From: Callorhinchus milii
Lineage: Eukaryota
NCBI RefSeq assembly: GCF_018977255.1
Contig: NW_024704743.1
Coordinates: forward strand, 102,302,001 to 102,366,000
Direction of reading: 5' to 3'
Length of the DNA stretch: 64,000 nucleotides
Part shown: one piece after another, positions 26,417 to 38,138 of the stretch
Layout of the letters: the number at the start of each line of letters is the position of its first letter
Numbering within the stretch: the stretch's first letter is position 1
Made by a program: the position numbers and the translations under genes
The notes under the pieces: model-generated
The model's input: only the letters and a program-made list of their open reading frames with translations
What the model was told of the DNA's origin: nothing
The model's database searches: none

Positions 26417-26683
26417 AATAATAATAATCCTCGCATTTGATATAGCACTTTTCACGTCTTCTCGATGTCTCAAAGCGCTTCACAGAATATACTGTCAAGT
26501 GAATTGACCGTATATTTGTGGGCGAAACGCAACAGCCAATTGCGCACAGCAGTGTCCCACAAATAGTCGTGGATTAAAAATGACCAATTTATTATTGTTT
26601 TGTTTTGGAGGGATTATTATTAGGTGTGTGGAGTAAGGAAACTTGCCCAAGGTTTCACCCTGCCTGGAATTGAACTCAGGTGT
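26417..26683 (-). mobile_element. tRNA-Ala SINE, head truncated
   Basis: Reverse complement of the family up to the B box. Confidence 0.92.
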
Positions 26684-27949
26684 CCCAGGCAATCTATGCA
26701 ACTAATTTGTGCCTTGTTCCATTTTAGTGTTACCTTCAGGATTTGATCTTAGTTAACTTGTTGGTAAAAGTATTTAATTTGGATTTTTTTTATATTTCAA
26801 GTACTTTTAATAATTAGGGATACATTCCTGTGTTTGTCTGTGTGTCACCATAACTTGCAGGAAACCTTCCCAGAATTATCTCAAAGCAGTAATAATAATA
26901 AATAATAGTTCTTAGCATTATTGCACATTAATGTTACGAATGGCCCCATTTTAGACCCCATTATTTAGCTACTACCTTTAAAATTTCTGCTCCAGAAATC
27001 TTTTTCTAATTTTCTAAATTCCTGGCAATTAGACTTCAAGTGGGAATTTGGATTCAATTTACTGGGTATATTGTGCTAAATGCTGGAGGTGTTGCTGCAA
27101 ATCCAACAATGAAAAGGATTTAAAGTGATGAAATATTTTAATGAAATAAATTAAACTCTCAAGAGTCGCTGCTACCAATTTTATTCTCTATAAGAGGTCC
27201 GTGAAGTGAAGGTATGCAAAACTGGTGAAGCAATCCAGATGTATCAAATCGAGGACTGGATTTACTTGGTGCAGGGATTCTTCCTAATTAGCTCTGGCTA
27301 ACCCTGACTGAAAAGTAAATAATCCTGATAATTGAAGGTTCCTTATGATTCCAGGTAATGACCTTTTGCAATGCTTCAGCTCCTAAGACATCCTACTGAT
27401 GTGAAAGGCACTGAAATAAAATCTAAGCATCTGGTTATTATTGTTATTAAGATCTGATGCTATCAAGCCTTTTGGGGGTACTTTTTGATTTCTTATGAGA
27501 CTCATTTAATTTCACTCTAAAGAATGTGATATTGTTTTGAATTATGCCATTGAAATTAAAAAGATAATAATATGAATACTTCAATAAATATTACTCTTAT
27601 TATTGAACCACATGCTAGCTTTTTTAAAATATAATTCCCTTCCTTTCTAACACTTGAACATTTCAGAACCTTCTATAAATTGACAACACTAAGAAAGGAT
27701 TTGCCTTTGCTCTGAAGACTGGTTCATTAGTTCCAGTAGAATAAGCCATGGGTAATTGAATTGATACCTCCAGAAACCCCTCTGTCTCTCCTCTCCGTAT
27801 ACCTGATATAAATGCTTGTAGGATTCAGTGGGAGATACTGTAAAGATCAGCACAGATTTGAAAAGGATTTGGGCAACAATACTTCATTGAATCTCCTATT
27901 TCTTCTTATTAAAGTAGCTGGGGATGGGGGAGGGTGGGGGGGGGGGGGG

Positions 27950-28392
27950 GGGAGAGATTCCACCATTTTACAGTATCCAGAATTTGGCAAATTGTTCAAT
28001 TCAGTTTTTCATTTTGAAGCTGTTCTTTTATAGTTCTTAAAAGAAACTTACAGAAAACCCAATTTCAAAATTAAGACTGTATAATAACAGTAATATTTCT
28101 TGCATTTGATACAGTGCCCTATCATGTTGTTGAGCTGTCTCTAAACACTTCATAAGAGTTTATTGTGAAGTGTGATGGCCTTGTGTATTTGTGAGTAAAC
28201 ATGGCATCCAAATTTGTGCACAGCAGTGTCCCACAAAAAGCCAATGAAGTGAGTGGCCAATTTCATTTAGGGGCTTATTCGGCAGGACATCAGGAGGAAA
28301 TGGCTTCTGTATTTAAGTATTTGCCAAATTCTGGACACGCTGAAATGCTGAGTAAATAGTCATTCTAAACCCAGGTGGAATTTCTCTCCCAG
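27950..28392. repeat. Palindromic MITE-like element copy 2, interrupted by an old SINE (28081-28270)
   Basis: Arms caccattttacagtatccagaatttggcaaat / atttgccaaattctggacacgctgaaatgctg and gggagagattccacc / ggtggaatttctctccc. Confidence 0.75.
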
Positions 28393-29164
28393 TATTTCTT
28401 CCATCAAAAAACGTTTTGAAAACAATGGAAGACAAAGAGGGAGACAAAGATTTCTGTAAAGTCCAGAGGTCCGAGGAAGGAATGAGTCTCGATGAAGAAA
28501 TTTTAGATTTCAACACAGAGGAGAGCGTCCAGAGGAGAGAGTGGATGTATAGGACAGAGAATCTGGGACTGGAGAAATAAGAGACTATTTCTACTTTAGG
28601 TATCGCTGGTGCTGGTTTATGATTATCTGTAACTCTTCTTTTAACTTTTTAAATACCCTATTGGGAACTGCTAATGTAAGAAGATCAAATAAATAATATA
28701 TTCAAGTTCAATTGTAATGGTATTTGTTCTCCCATGGAGGAATAATGCTGGATACTACCATCTAATAAAGTTGTTCTTAATTTGTTTAATCAATGGTGAC
28801 AAGCAATTTTAAATAACTCAGGCATACTTGAGTTGATTGTAAACTTCAAACTATTACATTAAATTACAATCCATCTCAGGGGGCAGGATCCTTGTATGTG
28901 CATGACTTCAGTCTTAACTCAATTAATATTGCAGCCTGCTTTCTTGCTATATTTTGTAATATGCTGAAGACCCATGAGAAAACAAATGATTGAGGATTGG
29001 TTATGATAACGTAATGGGTTGACTTTTGCTTTTGCCTTTTCATGGAAAGACCCTGCATGTTGAAGCCATTCCTAATAAAGTTGGTTGAAAAGCAAAAATG
29101 ATAAATTACAGACCTAACTAAAGGTTGACACTTTAGTGCAGTAATTGGGGATAAGCTTTGTTGT

Positions 29165-29390
29165 CAGACATGTTGTCTTTCAGATGAGACATTAAACTAA
29201 AATCCCATCTGTTCAGGTGGATGTCAAAGTCAACATGGTACCATTTGAAAAGAAAAGGGAATTTCCCCCCAGATAAAATTCACTTCATGGCTGTTTGTGG
29301 GACATTGCTGTGTGCAAATTGGTTGTCAAGTTTACCTGCAAAATACACAGTCACTACATGCTACAGTAAATCCTGTGAAGATTTCCAAGG
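29165..29390 (+). mobile_element. DeuSINE fragment
   Basis: gtctttcagatgagacattaaac...ttcaggtggatgtc...ggctgtttgtgggacattgctgtgtgcaaattgg. Confidence 0.75.
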
Positions 29391-30083
29391 AAGCACACAT
29401 TTGATTCTGTTGCTGCGGTAAGAGTAGAATGCAATGCCTGGATTCACCTTCAGATGCCTGGCTTCATACCAAATCATTCAGTGCATCCAGCAAATGATGC
29501 CACTCAGCCCTGTTGGGATCTATTAAAAATGCCAGCATAACATTAAACTCTCACCCTGCTCTTTGTAGTAGTTCAAAGACATAATCACCTAGACAGATTG
29601 GAGATGTCTCACAATATAAGAAAAAAGCATTGTGACATATCATGGCCTTAAGGCAAAGCCAGCAAGATAGCTTGTTTCAGTAGTGGCTGCTCCACTGGGC
29701 TGCCAATGAGATAACCCATCAAGCATCCTGGCGTCTCTTTAAATAAACTCATTAGAAGTTACACTCAGTTGCTTCAATGAATGGACAGATCAATCTTCAA
29801 TGTCCCCCACACTTGATCGACACAAACACCTATTCTTTACAGCAGGTTGTCAGCCAGTCAAGATCCACTCTTTACCAATGTGGGTCAGAGTTCAGAAATG
29901 AATATAAGGATTGTGGATACACAGAACAAGACTAACAATCCTATTTCAGGGCAAAACGAGGATAAATAACACTGTCAAATTACATTAGAAGTAAATAATA
30001 TAACATGCATATTAAATTAGTAGAAGTAGAACTTGAGGAGAGTATGAAAACGAGATGAGAAGTAGTCGTTTTTAAAACTCACT

Positions 30084-30464
30084 AATAATAATAATCCTTG
30101 CATTTGATATAGCGCCTTATCATGTCTTCAAGACATCTCAAAACACTTCACAAAATATACTGTAAAATTAATTGACTGTATACTTTTTGTGGGAGAAATG
30201 AGAAAGCCAATTGCGCACAGTAGTGTCCCACAAACAGTTATTTGTGTGGATTGAGTGACCAAATTATTATTTTTAAAAAATTGTTTTGAAGGTATTATTA
30301 CCTCCAGAAAAGCAACTGCTACAACAACTGTTCTTACTTACTGCTAGGTAAACAGAGGCACGTGAAGTGAAGAAACCTGCACAACATTTCACGCTGCCCG
30401 GGAATCTAACCCAGGTCCTCTCTCATGCTAGGTGAGTGATCTAATGACTGAACTGCAGGACTCC
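30084..30464 (-). mobile_element. Older long-form tRNA-Ala SINE, full length
   Basis: Head tggagtcctgcagttcag, extra block gcctctgtttacctagcagtaag, shared 3' half. Confidence 0.88.
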
Positions 30465-31029
30465 AGGTATTTTATTAATGTAACATGCATCACACAGTAA
30501 TAAAGCTTCTCCTGACAAAAAAACTGAAAGCTTCAGCCAGCCAAGGAATTTCACATCTGGTGGATGTCTAATGGCTATTAACAAATCTGGCTTGGTACTG
30601 AGCTGAGAATGGAAGCCGAATGGGTAGTGAGACATGAATATAAACAGTTCAGTAGATTTGGGAACAGAGATTTTGGGTCATACATCACTTTAACAGTAAA
30701 AGTATTTCAGTCATTATTTAAAATCTATTTTTAATTTTTTGCTAGTATTTGTAGCAAAAATTCCTTAATGGTAAATAGAGAGCTGTAACTCTGTAATTAC
30801 TCAGGTTCTGGCTTCAAAGTTAAGACTGGATTCAAATTCTGGACTTTGAACAAGATAAGACTCTAGTCTGCAGTTGTCAAACTTACCTTGATCCACTCTT
30901 GTTGATTGGCATGATTTTTATTATCTCTATTCATGTGGTTCAACATTGATGAACAGGAAGAACTAATAAGGAAAAGTTCATCTATATTAATATAAGGTAG
31001 ATTAGCTTATTTCTCTGATAGAATATTTA

Positions 31030-31383
31030 ATGATAATGAGTCTTGCTTTAATATAGCGTCTTAACATATCTTTGAGACATCTCAAAACGTGTCACTGAAT
31101 ATATTGTGAAATGAATTGACTGTAAATTTTGTTGGCGAAACACAGCATCCAATTGTGCACAGCAGTGTCTTACAAACAGTTGTGGATTGTGTGACCAAAT
31201 TATTTTTTTTTAAAAGGAATTGTTACCCCTGGAAAAGAGATCCATCCGCCAATCGACTAATAACCGGGTTCCCACTTACTGCTAGGTAAACAGAAGCGTG
31301 TGAAGTAAACTTGCCGAATGTTTCACCTTGCTGGGAATCAAACCCAGGTCTTGCTTGTGAGGTGAGTGCTCTAACCACTGAGT
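31030..31383 (-). mobile_element. Older long-form tRNA-Ala SINE
   Basis: Same architecture as 30084-30464. Confidence 0.85.
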
Positions 31384-31555
31384 CCAACTTTTGGACTGGC
31401 TTCTTTGGATTCAAATATTCAATTATCAAATATTAGAAACAGCTTGTTTGATGCTACACTTGCTTAAAATGTTTGCTATTTGCCTTTAATTTCTCATGGT
31501 TTAAGACTTAAGATATTCATCTTCAAATTTAAGAATGTGCAGATATTTGGAAAAT

Positions 31556-31635
31556 TCTTAAATTCAGTCTAAATTTGGAAGACCGGTTGAGAACTGTGGG
31601 AAAACTAACTTCCAAATTCAGACTGAATTAAAAAA
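31556..31635. repeat. Palindromic MITE-like element copy 3
   Basis: aattcagtctaaatttggaag ... cttccaaattcagactgaatt (21-bp arms, 1 mismatch). Confidence 0.75.
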
Positions 31636-31729
31636 AAATTCAATTCTAAATTCCTGATATGTTCTTGTGGCTAAAAGCACAGTAAAATATTATTCTTTTG
31701 ACTTTGCATTTCAGATTATGTTAGCAAAC

Positions 31730-32362
31730 ACTTGTGTTTAATACAGCATCTTATGTCAAAATATCTCAAAGCCCTTCACACATGAGTTACATTGATGTGC
31801 AGTGACTGCTGTCATGAAAGCAAATACAGCGGCTAATCTGCACACTAAATGTTCCACAAACATCAGTGAGATGAATGACCAAATTTAATCAGGTTTCTTT
31901 GGTGAAATTGAACGAGGGAAGAATATTGATTGCAACATTAGAAGAGCTGCCTAATTTTCTTTGAAACAGTGACATGGAATTTTTTATGTTCATTTTAGTC
32001 ACCAGTCATGACCACAGGTTATTGTGTCATTGAAAGCATGATAAATCCTGCAATGCAATACAGCCTCAGCACTAAATCCCTGCTTTCTTGGATTTCCTGT
32101 AACTCATCCTTCCATCTAAAGCCTTCTGGAACCCTATGTCTTCAGCTGTGCCTTCATTCATCTCCCTCCCACCACCTCACTTCTGACCTTGTTCAGATTT
32201 CCACGCCATTCCCTGTAAAACACTTCAAGACATTATCCTCCAAGAAAGGTGGTATATGAAGGCAGGTTGTTGTTGCACTGGTTTACCAACCAAGATTATG
32301 GTTTTGGGCTCAAACCTACAGCCTTCTGACGCGAAGGTGACACCACTACCAGCTGAGCAAAG
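31730..32362 (-). mobile_element. Ancient DeuSINE split by an old L2 tail
   Basis: Head gctcagctggtag...gtcagaaggctgtagg at 32310-32362; 3' half at 31730-32000. Confidence 0.6.
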
Positions 32363-32479
32363 TACTTGACTTTAAATAAATATGTTCAACTAATCCAACC
32401 TTAATTCCATTGTGATATGTGCCTCTATTCATTTCAAAATGCCCATTAATTGTATTCATAATAAATATTAATTCTTGCA

Positions 32480-33830
32480 TAGTTGATTGGCAGATCGCAT
32501 TTCTGGGTGTAATAATGCCTTAAAAAAATTGGTCACTTCAATCCCTGACTGTTTGTGGAACACTGATATTCGCAAATGTCTGCCACGTTTCACCCACAAA
32601 ATATAAAGTCAATTCACTTTACAGTATATTTTGTGAAGCGCTTTGAGACGTCTCGAAGATGTGCTAAGGTACTATACAATAATAACCCTTGCATTTGACA
32701 TGCGCTTTTCACATCTTCTAGACGTCTAAAGCTCTTCACAGAATATACTGTAAAGTGAATTGACCGTAAATTTGTAGGCAAAACGCGGCAGACAATTGTG
32801 CACAGCAGTATCCCACAAACAGTCGTGGATTGAATGATCAATTTATTGTTCAATTTTTGCTTGAGGAATTATTATCAGGCATATGGAGTAAGGAAACTTG
32901 CCCAAGGTTTCGCCCTGCCAGGAATCAAACCCAGGTCTCTCACTTGCAAAGTGAGTGCTCTAACCACTGAGCTACAGGTCTTCCTGAAATGGAATTTGTT
33001 AACTGAGTCAACAGTCACATTTATAATAAAAAGTAATAATACTTGCATTTGATATACCACCTGATCACATCTTCGGGACGTCTCAAAGCGCTTCACAGAA
33101 TATACAGTAAAGTGAATTGGCTGTATATTTGTGGGCAAAACGCGGCAGCCAATTGTGCACAGCAATTATCCTATTATAGGAACTGTTATGATTACTTTCT
33201 TTGGAATGTATGTATCTAGCCTTATAATAATATTTTAATAGTATTGCAGGTGAAGGCAAATGACAAGCTAATAACCTCTGCACCTCTGACAAGCTAATAA
33301 CATAATGTTTTCCTACTGGAACAGAGTATTGTAATACATTTTCCACTCATTTTAATAATTCTTGCATTTGATATACTGCATTCTCTCATCTTCGAGACGT
33401 CTCAAAGGGCTTCACAGAATACACTGTGAAGTGAATTGACAGTATATTTTGTGGTAGTAACGCAGCAACCAATTGTGCACAGCAATGTTCCACAAACAGT
33501 TTTTGGAAACATCTCCATGACCCAAGTATCGTCTATTTCTCTTTTAGATATACCTCCAGGTAATATCCAGGCAGGCTTTGTTTGTTATCGATCCTTTGGC
33601 AACAGAACGTCTGTCAGACATCAAGTCCTGGATGAGAGCTAACTTTCTACAGTCAATAATAATAATAATAATCCTTGTATTTTATACAGCACTCTTCACG
33701 TCTTCTAGACGTCTCAGAGTGCTTCACAGAACACCTGCAAATTAAATTCTGTATATTTGTGGGCGAAACGCAGCAGCCAATTGAGTACGGGAGTGTCCTA
33801 CAAACAGTCGTGAATTGGAGTGATCAATTT
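32480..33830. mobile_element. Cluster of five SINE copies (32480-32677 +, 32678-32980 -, 33035-33167 -, 33353-33500 -, 33655-33830 -)
   Basis: Repeated tail motif cttgcatttgatat...cttcacagaatatactgtaaagtgaattgac. Confidence 0.9.
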
Positions 33831-33887
33831 TTTTTAGTTGAACATCAGTATCTAAGGGTGCACACTCCACCTCACTGAGTCAGTCCG

Positions 33888-34873
33888 TACCCTTGGCATC
33901 TTGTCCTACACCAGGCTCCATGACCCTATCACCCCCATCCTCACCCGTTTCCACTGGCTTCCAGGATACAGTTCAAGATCCTGGTCCTCGCCCCGTCCTT
34001 TGCCTCCTTCAAGACCCATCTCAAGATCTTCCTCCTTGACTGTGCTTTGATCACCCACCTTTCCCCCTGCCCTTCACCCTCGCTGATCCCGACCACCAGC
34101 TCGTGATCCCAAACTCTGTCTGTCCAACACCTTGGGATGTCCTCACAATGTGAAAGGCGCTATACAAATGTTGATTGACCCTCAACTATCATGTCATACT
34201 CTGCCTTCCCCCACATCCGCAACATCGCTCGGCTCTGCCACTGTTTCACACCGCAGGCCTCCAAGACCCTCATACACATATTCATAACATTCGGCTCAAC
34301 TATGCAAACTCCTTGCTTGTCGGCTTTCCCAACTCCTCACTCCATTGGCTGCAGATAATCCAAAACTCTGAAGCCTGTGTCCTCTCCTGCACCAGGCTCC
34401 GTGACCCTGTCATACCCAGCCTTCCATTACTACGCTGACTTCCCATCATACAGAGGATACAGTTCAAGATCCTGGTCTTCACCTTCAAAGCCCTCCATGG
34501 TCTTGCTCCCCTCTACCTCTGCGACCTTCTAACCCCCTACCAACCTGCCCACTCCCCTCGCTCAGCGGGCTCCGGCCTGCTTCACTTCTCCCGCCTTTCC
34601 CACCCCACCATTGGCAGGCGGGCCTTCTGACACTGTGGTCTCACCCTCTGGAACTCTAACCTGCAGTCGCTCCGCCTTGCCCCCTCCATTGCCTCTTCCA
34701 AACCTCTGTCAAGATGCTCCTCTTCAACCGTGCCTTTGGTCATCCTCCTTCCCAACCTGCCTTCCACCCTCCTCAATCCCGAACCCTGGCTTGGGTCTGA
34801 AACACTGATTGTTCAGCACCTTGGGACGTCCTCCCGATGAGAAAGGCGCTATACAAATTAATTTTGCTGTTGT
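33888..34873 (+). mobile_element. Two tandem L2 3' fragments (33888-34172, 34175-34873)
   Basis: RLNYANSLLVG...IQNS; each ends gaaaggcgctatacaaat. Confidence 0.9.
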
Positions 34874-35852
34874 CATAAAATTACATCCCATAATATACTG
34901 GCGACAGTGAACACATTTGATCACATACTATACATAGCAATAAAATCATGATATTTGGATTTTTTACAAGTTGGTTGGAAAAAAGGACTATTTAAAATAT
35001 TCTCCTGAAGATATTGAGTGATAATATATTCTAATTAGTCATGGTATTGTATCTGAATTACTATAAATGTTTGATGGTAAAATAATTTAAAGAGCCATAA
35101 CCATTTGCAATCAATGAACTCATTTCACTTCTCATGATTTAACGTCTACCATTTTTCCTTTACTTTCTGGTTGAGTTCACATTCTGTTTTATTATTTATG
35201 CCGGAAAGTAATGATGTTAATCTCTCATTTTGACCACTACATTGACAGAAATTGATTAAACCATTAGCCTGTGGTTACAGTTGACAAGAGGGTCTTGGTC
35301 AAAAAAATGTAAATGCTAACTTTAAATCATGGATGGACTGAAATGTATCAGAAAATCCTTAAATGTAAAGAAAAGAAAAATAAGTGAAATGTGTTATGAA
35401 AATGAATCTAAGTGAAATTTCCATGCCTTTGATATATTTCCGACCATGGATTTCCTTATTGATGCCTTGCATAACACAGATCTATTGTGGTATTGAAAAC
35501 TTAGTAGATTCAGAAATAATTTAAGAAGTAAGTGTTTCTTTCCAACTTCACAAATTGAAGGGTCAATGTATTCTGGCAACAAGATGCAAAAGCTATTTGT
35601 GAAGGCAAACTTATTTTCCGGCACAGCAGATTTCAGTGAATGTGGGAAAGTATTTAAAACTCGGAAAGCGGTCAAGATGTTTTTGTAAAAAAAATTCAGC
35701 AACAACGGATGTTCTTGGTATACTAGAATACTATTGTTTTCTGAACAATTCCCACTCAGGAAGAGACTTACTCACTCACATTTGAAGAGTTCTGAGACAT
35801 TATCCTAGGAAAAGGACACAATATGTACTCAATGGGCTCACACCCAAGAAAA

Positions 35853-36510
35853 ACACCACCAACAACAAAATTACATTTGTATCGCGCCTTTCACTTCAGG
35901 GGACGTCCCAAAGCGCTGGACAGTCAGTGTTTTGACACGAGCTGGGTGTTGGGATTGGGGAGGGTGGAAGGCAGGGGGCAAGGAGGGCAATAGAAATTAT
36001 GGTCGAAGAGGAAGGTCTTAAGATGCGTCTTGAAGGAGGCAAGGGAGGGGGCGAGGCGAAGGGACCGTAGAATGGAGTTCCAGAGGATGTGGACAGAGTG
36101 GCTGAAGGCCCTCCCATGAATGGTGGGGTGGGCAAGACAGGGACATGAAGCAGGCCAGAGCCCGCTGAGCAGAGGGAGCAGGCAGTTTGTTAAGAGTTAG
36201 GAGGTCGCAGAGGTAGGGGGGAGTGTGTCCATGAAGGGCTTTGAAGGTCAGGACCAGGATCTTGAACTGTATCCTCTGTATGATGGGAAGTCATTGGAGT
36301 CGAGTGAGGATGGGGTTAATAGGGTCACGGAGCCTGGTGCGGGAGAGGACATAGGCTGCAGAGTTCTGGATGAACCTGCAGGCAATTGAGAGAGCAGTTG
36401 GGGAGGTCGTCAAGCAGGGAGTTTGCATAGTCAAGCCTGGATGTTATGAATGCATGTATGAGGGTTGTGACGGCCTGTGGTGTAAGACAGTGGTGGAATC
36501 AGGTAATGTC
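35853..36510 (-). mobile_element. L2 3' fragment
   Basis: Reverse complement of the subfamily at 34175-34873. Confidence 0.9.
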
Positions 36511-37339
36511 ACCAGAACTATGGATGATTTTGTGTTCATTATTCCACCTCTGTTGGTTCAGCCCTTGACTTGAGACCAGAAGGTTCAAATCCCATGCATC
36601 GCCCTTAACAGGGCAATGAAATGGAAACTATGTCTAAAAATATCCTCCTTCAGTAAAAGGCCAGCTGGGTCTCCATGAGTTTGGACTCTGGATTAGCACA
36701 GTTGTGCAATTCTGCAGAAATCCATTGTACTGTTTCTAGACTGCTCCCAGTCTGATGCACCAATGTAGTGCTTGGATGAAGCTAAATGTTTTGTGTACTT
36801 GAGGGAGAACGGAATAGAGGGGTGTTGTGGAGCGGATTAGGAGTGTGGACGATTGTGTGAAGTATAAACACTAACGGAGATTAATTATGTTTATAGCTTT
36901 TGCCCTGTATGTATTTGTCCATAAATTTCTCTCCACCTCACATATTGAATTAGTCAGTTTGTGTTATCTTTGCTTCAACACATTTTGTATCCCTTTAATA
37001 TTACTTTCAACAATCCTTGCTTACTCTTGGAAATACTTTCATTTGCAGGTACCATAATGGTGTTCAATAATTTAGAACTGAAGGACATCAAAGACTGACA
37101 GATCATTAAGGAAGAGCTAATGGAGGTAGATTTAAAACAGTTTCTATTCAACAGATTGATGGGAGAAGGGATTATTCCAGTTGCAACTGGAACAAGAAAT
37201 TAGATTGCATTAAATAATAGATTTTAATACATTCTTATTCCAGTAAATTGATATTATTTTAATTTTTTTCTAAAAATTGATGGTTAATATTTTATTCTGA
37301 GAGTGAGTCAGGAGGGATGAACAAAATAGGGCTAAATGG

Positions 37340-37490
37340 TCTGTGAAGAAATATTTGTTAGGTCAGGGTACTAAGAGATAAGGGACAAGGATGGGTAACT
37401 GGACTTAAGGTACAGATCAGTCTTGATCATATAAAATTGCGGAACAGGCTTGAGGGGCTTAATAGCCTCCTCCTGTTTCTATGTTTCTAA
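37340..37490 (+). mobile_element. CR1 3' UTR fragment
   Basis: agatcagtcttgatc...gcggaacaggcttgaggggc...cctcctcctgtttctatgtttcta, similar to 39930-40006. Confidence 0.7.
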
Positions 37491-37549
37491 GTCAATAAAA
37501 AGGAAAAGGAAAATATCTGTTGGGGTATGAGTTGAGAGATTATTCTGTG

Positions 37550-38138
37550 GACAACCAGGGGCACTGCTGATGGCAGCAAATCAACCTGGCACATCGGCAA
37601 GACCTGGAAGACCAGATAATCAGTGGGGGCAGGGAATCATCCCACACAGCTCCTGCAAGCCAAAGCCCTCATGGGTAGGATGGTCCTAGCTGAATAAGTA
37701 GTGGGAAACTTTGCCAGACAGCAATATCAATGGCAAACTATGCAGTTTTAGCTGGTAAGACTCCTGCAGTACCACAACACACTCTCTGGCGTCCCCAAGC
37801 TTTGACTCTTGCCAACCTGCGCCCAATACTTTCCAGGATATAGATAATAATAGTAATAATAATCGTTGCATTTGATATAGCACTTTTCACGTCGGGAGGA
37901 CGTCACAAAGCGCTTCACAGAACACACTGTAAAGTGAATTGACTGTATATTTGTGGGCGAACGCGGCAGCCAATTGCGCACAGCATTGCCCCACAAACAG
38001 TCGTAGATTTAAAATGACCAATTTATTATTGTTTTTGGTTTTGGAGGGATTATTATTAGATAAGCCGGATGCATCCCTCCGGGGAAAGTGTGTGCATTCC
38101 ATTCCAACAATCTATCTCTGGGATTTCCATATGTAAGT
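37550..38138 (+). repeat. Unclassified repeat copy D (split by a SINE and a CR1; resumes 40007-40095)
   Basis: Colinear with copies A/C once the SINE (37845-38060) and CR1 (38139-40006) are removed. Confidence 0.85.
37845..38060 (-). mobile_element. Young SINE, 5'-truncated
   Basis: 3' ~215 nt of the family; flanked by tagataa on both sides. Confidence 0.93.

Noticed and set aside
32935..32960. Apparent compensatory change in the SINE anticodon stem (CTCAC/GTGAG)
   Set aside because: Both changes are CpG transitions, and other copies (44266, 58222) carry only one of them; explained by methyl-CpG decay.
37560..37720. Hammerhead or group I ribozyme in the unclassified repeat (CTGATG...GAAAC)
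   Set aside because: Core is CTGATGG rather than CTGANGA, is not conserved across copies, and I could not form the required stems.
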